A stretch of 64,000 bases of DNA from a virus. Below are positions 56,515-64,000 of the stretch, piece after piece (the stretch's first letter is position 1; each line of letters opens with the position of its first letter). The translations under genes and the position numbers were made by a program. The stretch spans positions 41-64,040 of IMG/VR virus record IMGVR_UViG_3300037424_000665, one strand, 5' to 3'. Under the pieces are notes generated by a model. It had not been told where the DNA came from, did no database searches, and saw only the letters and a program-made list of their open reading frames with translations.

Positions 56515-56712
56515 TCAATCATCGTCAAATTCGATCTTGCCGTTCAATTCGACAAGCAGGCATTGCAGGTAATCCGCCGTGAGCGCCCGCTTGCCGCTGA
56601 AATAGTCGTAGAGAGTTTGAGGGTGACATTCGATTCGACGAGCCATCGCCGGGGTGCTGATCTTGCGGCGGGCCATTTCTTTTTTGATCTGTTTGCGTAA
56701 ATCAACTTTCAC
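56515..56712 (-). CDS. XRE/Cro-like HTH regulator
   Basis: KEMARRKISTPAMARRIECHPQTLYDYFSGKR. Confidence 0.8.
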   Translation of the reverse strand: MKVDLRKQIKKEMARRKISTPAMARRIECHPQTLYDYFSGKRALTADYLQCLLVELNGKIEFDDD

Positions 56713-56733
56713 GGATTAAGTTCCTTTCAAAAA

Positions 56734-56782
56734 CCCGGCCCGGCGGCATACGCCAACCGGGCGGGGTTAAAAATGCTCAATC
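56734..56782 (-). repeat. 49-bp repeat R1 (hairpin module)
   Basis: Identical to 57161-57209. Confidence 0.9.
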
Positions 56783-56809
56783 TTGGTAGGCTTTGGATTT
56801 ACGCATGAG

Positions 56810-57118
56810 TCAAGCTCCTTTCTCCGCCAAGGCGATGGCGTCAAGCCCTCGTTGCACAGCAAATTTGTAATTGCAGTCAGGGTTCAAGGTTGCTTCATTG
56901 CTCACAATATCGAGCAATTCCTTGCACACCTTCATCAGGGCGTGGTGGTTGTTGCAGGCCCGGACGACGAAAGCGGCCTTAGCTTGCCAGTCTTTGGGGT
57001 CGCGGGATATCGTAGCGATCAAGAATCCATCACCTGCTACATAAGGGCCATATTCGATTCGTTGAGCGTTAAGACGATATGGCAACTCTAACTCAATGTG
57101 TTTCGTTTTCATGTTCAT
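56810..57118 (-). CDS. Early hypothetical protein
   Basis: W.A.AAFVVRACNNHHAL motif; RBS GGAG. Confidence 0.7.
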   Translation of the reverse strand: MNMKTKHIELELPYRLNAQRIEYGPYVAGDGFLIATISRDPKDWQAKAAFVVRACNNHHALMKVCKELLDIVSNEATLNPDCNYKFAVQRGLDAIALAEKGA

Positions 57119-57160
57119 TCTCCGTTTAAGCGGTTACGGATTGTAACCGATTCAAAAAGC

Positions 57161-57209
57161 CCCGGCCCGGCGGCATACGCCAACCGGGCGGGGTTAAAAA
57201 TGCTCAATC
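57161..57209 (-). repeat. 49-bp repeat R2
   Basis: Identical to R1; diverged third copy at 57454-57497. Confidence 0.9.
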
Positions 57210-57413
57210 ATCGTCAAATTCATCCATCGCGTCCGTCACGGCCATATCCCTGAGTACCTGGTCAGTGGCCTCTTCTGAGTCGTCATGTGCGACCGGGCGG
57301 GTGTCGGCGTATCGTTCCGCCAAGCATTTGGGGCACTTCCAACCCAAGCCCTTGTGCCATTGAAGATTGATGTGATGGATTTCACACGTCGGAATGATTT
57401 GTTGCCTTGCCAT
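57204..57413 (-). CDS. Small early Zn-ribbon protein
   Basis: GAAAGGGTTAAAAATG start; CEIH..CPKC. Confidence 0.55.
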   Translation of the reverse strand: MARQQIIPTCEIHHINLQWHKGLGWKCPKCLAERYADTRPVAHDDSEEATDQVLRDMAVTDAMDEFDDD

Positions 57414-57496
57414 TTTTAACCCTTTCGTTAGATGTTGGTATTGGTTTTCAAATCCCCCGCCCCCGGCACGCGCCAAGGGGCGGGGTTAAAAATGCT

Positions 57497-57847
57497 CTAC
57501 AATGACCCCCCACAACTGTGGGCGATCTCATTGATCATATTGCCGGTCCAGTCCAGGAGTGGTCGTCTATCATCGGCGCCGTGCATAATTGCAGCGAGCA
57601 ACCCTGTCCACTCATTCCAGGCACCATCGCGGAGTGCGTCGAGAGTATCGCCGGCACACAGCTTGCAGGCGAGGCCGTGTTGCCAGCGATAAGCGCCGCC
57701 GATTAGATCGTTCATCCCGCCAAAGCCCTGGCACATGAGGAGCCGGCCATGCGTAGGATGCTCAATGATTGCGATCGTATATTGCATACCATATTGACCT
57801 ATTTGCTCCTCTGACTCGACAACTTGTGTTTTTACGTTCGTTTTCAT
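57497..57847 (-). CDS. Early hypothetical protein
   Basis: GAAAGGGTTAAAAATG start; first gene after promoter. Confidence 0.65.
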   Translation of the reverse strand: MKTNVKTQVVESEEQIGQYGMQYTIAIIEHPTHGRLLMCQGFGGMNDLIGGAYRWQHGLACKLCAGDTLDALRDGAWNEWTGLLAAIMHGADDRRPLLDWTGNMINEIAHSCGGSL

Positions 57848-57910
57848 TTTTAACCCTTTCGATTTTGCCCTCGCGGGCGACCCTATTGAGTTGTTCAAAC
57901 TACTAATCTA

Positions 57911-57939
57911 TATATACGGTTATATTAGATTGTTGTCAA
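57911..57939 (-). promoter_or_regulatory. Strong sigma70-like early promoter with overlapping inverted repeat
   Basis: Minus strand TTGACA-N17-TATATA; AATCTA/TAGATT inverted repeat. Confidence 0.75.
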
Positions 57940-58414
57940 CAGCTTTTTTGGAGATTTCGTAAAAATATCTGCAAAGCTCGGATTCCAACTCAGAAACGCG
58001 GATTTCAGCGAAAGATTTCTTGTAAGATTTTTTACGCTGTGTTAGCGTTTAAGTGATTTTGTTCTGATTGCCGATAAGAGAGGCATGAGTTATACTAAGG
58101 CTCAGAATGATTTGGAATTCGCCGGCAGGCATAGCTTTGCTTATCACAAAGAACCTATGCCTCGCCGGTTTTTTTGTTTTCGTGATCGGTTCTACCAAAA
58201 TGATAAGCGGAGCGGCAGCGGGAAAACGACACAAGCAGAGGTATCCTCGACGGGGATACTGTCGGGCCAAACCGGATAACCAATGGCACGAGCTGCAAGT
58301 CCGAGCTGAATAGTACAGGGTACGATAAACAAATCAACCCGAACCGATGAGATGCTGGATTCTTACTGGAATCCGGTAAAAACTGCTTGTGGCGAATGAT
58401 GATATGGAAACCTA

Positions 58415-58936
58415 ATGAGTGAAACTGAACAGAAAAGTACCGCGCAAGAGGAGCCACATCGAGGCCCAGGCCAACCGACGCTCTTTCGGGAAAAATACAT
58501 TGAGCAAGCCTACAAACTGACGCTTTTGGGTGCCACAGACGAGGAATTGGGCGATTTCTTCGGAGTGTCTAAGACGACAATCGAGAATTGGAAACTGGCG
58601 ATTCCTGAATTCTTTGACTCCATAAAAGCGGGCAAGACCCAAGCGGACAGCGAGGTTGCAGACAAGCTGTACCAACGAGCCAAAGGCTACTCGCACCCGG
58701 AGGAAAAGATTTTCTGCCACGAGGGGGAGATCATACGCACGCAGACGGTTCGCCATTATCCGCCCGATACGGGTGCCGCGTGCATGTGGCTCAAGAACCG
58801 CCGCAAGCAGAATTGGCGTGATAGCCACGACATCACGACTGACGGCGAACCCATCACGCCACAGGTCGTCAACTTCGCGGACCTGCTCAAAGCACAGCCG
58901 GCCGCAACTCCGCCCCAGGAACCACCCACGCAATGA
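58415..58936 (+). CDS. terS: Terminase small subunit
   Basis: GPGQPT, GATDEELGDFFGVSKTTI..W, LYQRAKGY, PPDT.A..WLKNR...WRD. Confidence 0.9.
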   Translation: MSETEQKSTAQEEPHRGPGQPTLFREKYIEQAYKLTLLGATDEELGDFFGVSKTTIENWKLAIPEFFDSIKAGKTQADSEVADKLYQRAKGYSHPEEKIFCHEGEIIRTQTVRHYPPDTGAACMWLKNRRKQNWRDSHDITTDGEPITPQVVNFADLLKAQPAATPPQEPPTQ

Positions 58937-60438
58937 GCATACCAGTCGAGTCATTTTGCCGGGGGATGCACAGGCACCAGGTTGCCTTCATGCAGGCTTT
59001 TGACAATCGGCGTGAGTCGGGTATCTCGGACACGCAGTATTTCTATGCGGAGTGGCACCGCCGAGCACGTAAAACCACACTGGCTCTCAACTTGGCAATC
59101 CGGGAGGCTTGCCGAGTGCCCAAGAGCAAATATGGCCACATCGCCCCTACGCAGGTCATGGCCCGCAATATCATCTGGGATGACCCCAATATGCTCAAGG
59201 CGTATCTGCCTGCTAAGCGCGAGATGGGCTGGGTGCCGAACGAGCAGAAGATGCTCATCACCTTCGAGAATGGCTCGCTGCTCAAGATCGGCGGCTCGGA
59301 CGAGCCAGACTCTTGGCGGGGGACGGACTTTGCCGGTGTGACGCTGGACGAGTGGTCTATGATGAAAGAGTCGGTCTGGATCGAGGTGTTGCGTCCGGTG
59401 ATGGCTGCGGAATTGCAGCCGCATATCAAGCTTCACCAGCCCTTCCGCTGGGTGTGCTACCTCTATACGCCGAACCCGGAAGGCCGTCATGCCTCGCGGA
59501 TGTTCGATGCCGCGTGCTGCTTGTCAGGGGGGGGCACACTACCGACGTGCGGCGTAGCCGAGAAGCTGGCCCCGAACACGTTTGCATCACGGCTCGACGG
59601 TGAATTGTCGGGGGTGTATTCGCAGTCCGCCCTGAACCAGATGAGGCAGGAAGTCAAAGACGGCAAGATACCCCAGGCCATATACGACCAGGAGATCAAG
59701 TGCAGCCGCGTGACGGCAGAGCAGATGACCCTGATTACCTCCGCCATGATCCAGGCCCTGAACGAACACCACGCCAAGACGCACGTGACCGATAGGCCGA
59801 TTCGCAAGATCGTCTCGATTGACCCCGCGTGGGGGGGCGACGTATGCCAGATCATGGGCATGGTCAATTACGAGGCCAAGCTTGAGCACCAAAAGGCGAT
59901 TCTCGATAAAATGCGGACGAGCGAGATTTGCATGGCGGCCAAGCTCGTGGCCCAGCAGATCGGCACCAAGAATTTCATCATCGACACCGTGAACGACCGG
60001 GGGGTGTACGATGGACTGAACGACGACGAGGCTTGCTATAGCGTCCAGGAGTTCAAGAGTTCGTACAAGCCTACCGAGAGGGATGACAGCCCCCAGGCCA
60101 TACGCTTCGCAAATCTCCGCGCCCAAGCCTACCATCACAGTGCCCAACTGATAGCGACCTTCCAGGCGGGTCCTATTCGAGACCCTGAGTTGATACGACA
60201 ACTGCCCTTAGCCAGCCGCTACACGACTCAGCGGAGTTCGGGCAAGCTCATCATTCAGCCAAAAGACAAGATCAAGGAAGATTTGGGCTGCTCGCCGGAC
60301 AAAGCGGACGACTACGTGATGGGCAATTGGGGCTTGGAGAGCGTTCAGCCCGAGACGGCGGGCGGCGGCTCTGTGATTCTCAACTTCTCGCAGGCACAAC
60401 GGTCTATGGTCCCTGACTCTATCGGGGTAGGGGTGTAA
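58933..60438 (+). CDS. terL: Terminase large subunit
   Basis: WHRRARKT, APT..AR.IIWD, TLDEWS, YTPNP, SIDPAWGGD, SPDKADD. Confidence 0.9.
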   Translation: MSIPVESFCRGMHRHQVAFMQAFDNRRESGISDTQYFYAEWHRRARKTTLALNLAIREACRVPKSKYGHIAPTQVMARNIIWDDPNMLKAYLPAKREMGWVPNEQKMLITFENGSLLKIGGSDEPDSWRGTDFAGVTLDEWSMMKESVWIEVLRPVMAAELQPHIKLHQPFRWVCYLYTPNPEGRHASRMFDAACCLSGGGTLPTCGVAEKLAPNTFASRLDGELSGVYSQSALNQMRQEVKDGKIPQAIYDQEIKCSRVTAEQMTLITSAMIQALNEHHAKTHVTDRPIRKIVSIDPAWGGDVCQIMGMVNYEAKLEHQKAILDKMRTSEICMAAKLVAQQIGTKNFIIDTVNDRGVYDGLNDDEACYSVQEFKSSYKPTERDDSPQAIRFANLRAQAYHHSAQLIATFQAGPIRDPELIRQLPLASRYTTQRSSGKLIIQPKDKIKEDLGCSPDKADDYVMGNWGLESVQPETAGGGSVILNFSQAQRSMVPDSIGVGV

Positions 60439-60490
60439 AGTGTCGTTATTCAGTTCAATATGGGTTCAACCTTAAAGAAAGGAAGCTCAA

Positions 60491-61435
60491 ATGTCGACTC
60501 CAAGAATAGGCAAAGAAAGCGTTATTATTAAAGTTGCAGGGCCGAAAGGCGAACACTTTGAGATGGGGTGGGAAATCCTCACGCCAGCAAAAGCCGGAAT
60601 GTACTTAACGAATCAAGGTAGGCAGCGGGATCTTTCGGATGTACTGGTCAGCAGATACGCGGCGTCGATACAGTCGGGAAAGTGGGATGATGTTGTGGGG
60701 GACCCATTGATTTTTGATACAAAGGGTCGTATGCAATCTGGGCAGCATCGCTGCAAGGGTGTGGTTTTGGCGCAACGCCCAATTATTGTTTTTGTAATAC
60801 GCGGGGTCCGGGATGACGCCTATTACAATATTGACGGCGGGAAAGCTCGAACTTTGGAAGATACCCTTCATATCGAGGGCGAAAACTACGCCAAGCAGCT
60901 ATCTGTAGTCCTGCGGGCTTTGTACCAGTTTTCAATTGGGCAACATGGCTCGACAGCGCCGGTATCATTGGACAATCGAACAGCGTATCAGTTCTTAAAG
61001 AAACATCCAGGGCTGCAAGTAACAATCCAGAGGACTAATGCACGAATCAGTACAATGCCTGTTAGATTGGCTTCTCAGGCAGCATTGGCGTACTTGACAT
61101 ACATAGTGGAACATATTTCATTAGAGAAGGCTCGTAGCTTCATGCGAATCATTTTCAGTGAAGCTTTACCAAAACCAGATACGGGGTGCCCAGCATCGCT
61201 TATGGTTCTGAAATTACAGGAGAGCCGAAATGCAACACAAAGACACTTGCGGTTGACGGCAAAGGAGCGTCTTGCGAACCTGGTAAAAGCGTGGAACCTT
61301 TTTGTTGTTGACCGTCGGGTGCCGAACGTTCGTTCGATCAGTTGGCGCATCGACGAAGACTGGCCCGAATTCCGCGATGACGAAGGCCAAATTGTTTTGT
61401 ATAAGGACATAACTTTCAACGCAAAAGATAATTGA
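60491..61435 (+). CDS. ParB/DGQHR-like protein (AT-rich insert between terL and portal)
   Basis: EILTP..A; RQR...V.RYA..I.SG.W; PLIFD..G.MQSGQHR; IDGGKARTL.D.L. Confidence 0.75.
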   Translation: MSTPRIGKESVIIKVAGPKGEHFEMGWEILTPAKAGMYLTNQGRQRDLSDVLVSRYAASIQSGKWDDVVGDPLIFDTKGRMQSGQHRCKGVVLAQRPIIVFVIRGVRDDAYYNIDGGKARTLEDTLHIEGENYAKQLSVVLRALYQFSIGQHGSTAPVSLDNRTAYQFLKKHPGLQVTIQRTNARISTMPVRLASQAALAYLTYIVEHISLEKARSFMRIIFSEALPKPDTGCPASLMVLKLQESRNATQRHLRLTAKERLANLVKAWNLFVVDRRVPNVRSISWRIDEDWPEFRDDEGQIVLYKDITFNAKDN

Positions 61436-61467
61436 CGAAGAAATAGCCAAAAGAAAGTTCAGGCAGT

Positions 61468-61555
61468 AGGCGGAGTAGCTACCGCTTAGTGCTATACCAC
61501 GAAACGCCTGTATAGAGGCCGTAAGGGTAAAACCTTGCGGCCTTTTTCTTTTGGC
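61468..61555 (+). ncRNA. Conserved three-hairpin element ending in a terminator (copy B)
   Basis: Homologous to 2464-2553 with compensatory stem changes. Confidence 0.5.
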
Positions 61556-61569
61556 TTGGAAAGATAGAC

Positions 61570-63612
61570 ATGGCAAAGCTCACAGACACCGAGATCACCA
61601 AGAAATGCCTGAAATTTGTTCGAGATGCGCAGCAGCACACTGTACGCAGGGACCAGCGGGAGCGGGCCTTGACGTACCAGGACTATTTTCGGGGCGGCAA
61701 ACATCAATGGACGCAGGAGGAGTACGATACCTACAAGAGTCGCGGCGTCGAACCCATAACGATCAACCGTTGCAAGCCTGTGATGAAGGGCCTTCTCGGC
61801 ATGTACTTGCAAGCCAAGCAGGACGTCAGAGCCAGGCCGAGGCGCAATGGCAGCTCCACCGTGGCCCAGGTCTGGACAGAGGTAATGAAACATACCCAGG
61901 ACGTGAGCTATGCCGATTACGTCTATGCCCAAGTGTTTCTGCGGGGCGGCGTCGATACCGAAGCCTACCTGAAATTAGAGATCGACCCCATAGCCAACGT
62001 CAACGGCCAGCCCGTCATCAAGCCGCTATCGCTGTGGGATGTGGAGGTTGATAGAAACGCCATCGAGTACAACCTCAACGATTCGGCGGCCTATGTCATC
62101 GAGTCGCAGTGGAAGGACAAGGACGAGATCGACGCCATGTACCCCGACCGCGACCAGGAGATTGCTACCGCCGTCTCAGTCATGGACGATCTCGAAGGAC
62201 AAAAGGGCTCGGACCGCCTGGTGACGTGGCTGACGCAGAGCGGCGATATCGCCGGCGACGATGCGGAGTTCGAGGATAACCAAATCCCCGACGTGGACCT
62301 TAAGCGTCAGTACCGCTACAAGGTCAAGCGTGTTTTTTGGAAAGAGACTATCGCCGCGATGATCGTCGGGGACCGGCAGGACCACGGCATGGCTATCGTC
62401 AAAGACGAGAAGCTCATAGCCAAGCTCAAGCGAAAAGCCGGCAAGTCCACGCGCTACGCGATAACACTGTGGCCGACGAAGGTTCTGCATGAGACCATCA
62501 TGCTCGGCGAGTATATGCTGGAGGATAAGCCCGAACCGCTGGGGCCGGGTATCTCCGATTATCCCATCGTGCGGTACTCGCCGATGTGGGACGAGGGCTA
62601 TGCGGTCGGCGCCCTCGACGACATCACCAGCCTGAACAAAGAGGAAAACATCCACCGCACGCAGACGATCAGGTTGCTCAATCAGACGGCGAACAGCGGA
62701 TGGATCGTCGGCTCGGCGGGCAACGAGGAATGGAACCGCATACTAAAAAATTTCGGGTCCGTGCCCGGCATTCTCATTCCCAAAGACAAGTTCGGGAATT
62801 CCGTCGAACGTATCGTGCCCAACCAACTCTCGCAGGGTCACTTCATGCTGGGCCAGCAGTTCGAGTTGGATATCAAGCGGGTGTCCGGCATAGACGACGC
62901 GACGCAGGGCTACAGCACTAGCCAAACGGAATCCGGTCGCGCGATAGGCTTGAAGCAGCAAAACAACCGCAGCAGTGCCGAGTGCTTCTTCGATAACTTC
63001 TATAGGACGCTGGAAATCTTAGGCAACTTGCTCCTGGCGGTCAATATCGCCAACGACTACTACAGTGACGAGGAGATCAAGGCGATTGTCGATGAGTCTT
63101 CGATGCTCGATAGCAAGCTCCTGGCACGCGCCAAAGCGAAGTTCATCGCCACGATAGGCTCGGACCTGCCGCAGCCGCAACCGTTGCCGCCCATGAATCC
63201 ACAGATGATGTTGGGTATCAAGCCGGAGGACAGGGGCCGCGTGCTCCAGACGATGCAGAAGGGTGTTGAGGGGGCCACGCAGTACATGAAAGCCTATCCG
63301 CAACTCTCGGCGTCCTACGAGGAGGTCATACGCGAGGAGGCCAAAGAGATGCTCTTGCAGGAGTTGAGGGCCGACAAGGGCATGTACGGCGTCAAGGTCA
63401 CGGTCTCGCCTTCGGCGCCCACGGAACGCCTGACGCAGTTCCTGCAAATGGACGCCCTGATGAGCAAGTACGGCAACATCATCCCGCCGGAGCTATTCAT
63501 CGACCTGACGGACTTGAAAAACAAGGATGAAATCAAGGCCGCAATCTCATCGAATCGGCAGGCCCAGATGCAGCCGCCGATGCAGGCCCGGCCGCAGGTG
63601 AGGGCGGCATAA
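61570..63612 (+). CDS. Portal protein (P22-like)
   Basis: YFRGG..QW...RG..PITINRCKP, SG.AI..KQ, Q-rich C-terminus; follows terL. Confidence 0.9.
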   Translation: MAKLTDTEITKKCLKFVRDAQQHTVRRDQRERALTYQDYFRGGKHQWTQEEYDTYKSRGVEPITINRCKPVMKGLLGMYLQAKQDVRARPRRNGSSTVAQVWTEVMKHTQDVSYADYVYAQVFLRGGVDTEAYLKLEIDPIANVNGQPVIKPLSLWDVEVDRNAIEYNLNDSAAYVIESQWKDKDEIDAMYPDRDQEIATAVSVMDDLEGQKGSDRLVTWLTQSGDIAGDDAEFEDNQIPDVDLKRQYRYKVKRVFWKETIAAMIVGDRQDHGMAIVKDEKLIAKLKRKAGKSTRYAITLWPTKVLHETIMLGEYMLEDKPEPLGPGISDYPIVRYSPMWDEGYAVGALDDITSLNKEENIHRTQTIRLLNQTANSGWIVGSAGNEEWNRILKNFGSVPGILIPKDKFGNSVERIVPNQLSQGHFMLGQQFELDIKRVSGIDDATQGYSTSQTESGRAIGLKQQNNRSSAECFFDNFYRTLEILGNLLLAVNIANDYYSDEEIKAIVDESSMLDSKLLARAKAKFIATIGSDLPQPQPLPPMNPQMMLGIKPEDRGRVLQTMQKGVEGATQYMKAYPQLSASYEEVIREEAKEMLLQELRADKGMYGVKVTVSPSAPTERLTQFLQMDALMSKYGNIIPPELFIDLTDLKNKDEIKAAISSNRQAQMQPPMQARPQVRAA

Positions 63613-63655
63613 ACCACACATACAAGCTCGACCTTAAAGAAAGGAAGCTCACAGA

Positions 63656-64000
63656 ATGAAACCCATCTATGCAACCTGGATGTTGTCGAATAACATCGGC
63701 GACGCCTTGACGCCGTGGCTCATCGAGAAGATTGCTGGGCAGACGCCGCTCTACGTGCCGTTCGATATGCCATATCCCAAGTTCATGGTTACAGGTTCAG
63801 TGCTCAATCACGCCTCGGACTATACGATAGTCTGGGGGGCGGGCTATGCCAACTTCGAGGATTGCCTGCACGCCAGGCCTGTTATCAAAGCGGTTCGAGG
63901 GCCGGTGACAGCGGCACGAATCGAATTCCAGGCCGGGATACCGATGGCGAGTGTGGCCAAGGGCGACCCGGCGCTGCTCATGCCGAGATTCTATGATCCA
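63656..64000 (+). CDS. Polysaccharide pyruvyl transferase paralog (3'-partial; not in ORF track)
   Basis: MKPIYATWMLSNNIGDALTPWL...GDPALLMPRFYDP; open to window end; AAAGGA RBS. Confidence 0.85.
   Translation, partial: MKPIYATWMLSNNIGDALTPWLIEKIAGQTPLYVPFDMPYPKFMVTGSVLNHASDYTIVWGAGYANFEDCLHARPVIKAVRGPVTAARIEFQAGIPMASVAKGDPALLMPRFYDP

Noticed and set aside
1-64000. Integrase/att sites and stop-codon reassignment
   Set aside because: No tyrosine or serine recombinase motifs were recognised. Core genes are intact under code 11 and end in TAA, TAG or TGA.

Overview
The window looks like a nearly complete ~64-65 kb tailed dsDNA phage genome with P22/N4-like podovirus architecture. It carries TerS/TerL/portal, scaffold, major capsid, tail adaptor and nozzle, three ejection proteins, a RecT/SbcC/MBL recombination module, a replication initiator, RusA, lysis-like genes and one tRNA-Glu(TTC). 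No integrase is visible. The host is probably diderm (spanin-like pair, OM beta-barrel). The two ends hold diverged paralogs of the same pyruvyl-transferase gene, not an exact overlap. Two systems stand out. (1) A small RAMP/Cas7-like gene (50009-50587) is followed immediately by a non-coding 756-nt array. The array has 13 units, each a GAACRC anchor plus strictly phased GA-NNN pentamers: a candidate phage RNA-guided system with a non-contiguous guide code (VIPR-like, with a different motif). (2) A large phage-encoded glycosylation toolkit includes a multidomain enzyme with polypeptide GalNAc-transferase (GT27)-like motifs. This gene is directly adjacent to a mucin-like (S/T-P-S-x)n virion protein, suggesting a glycan-coated virion. 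All family assignments come from motifs read by eye; no database searches were run.
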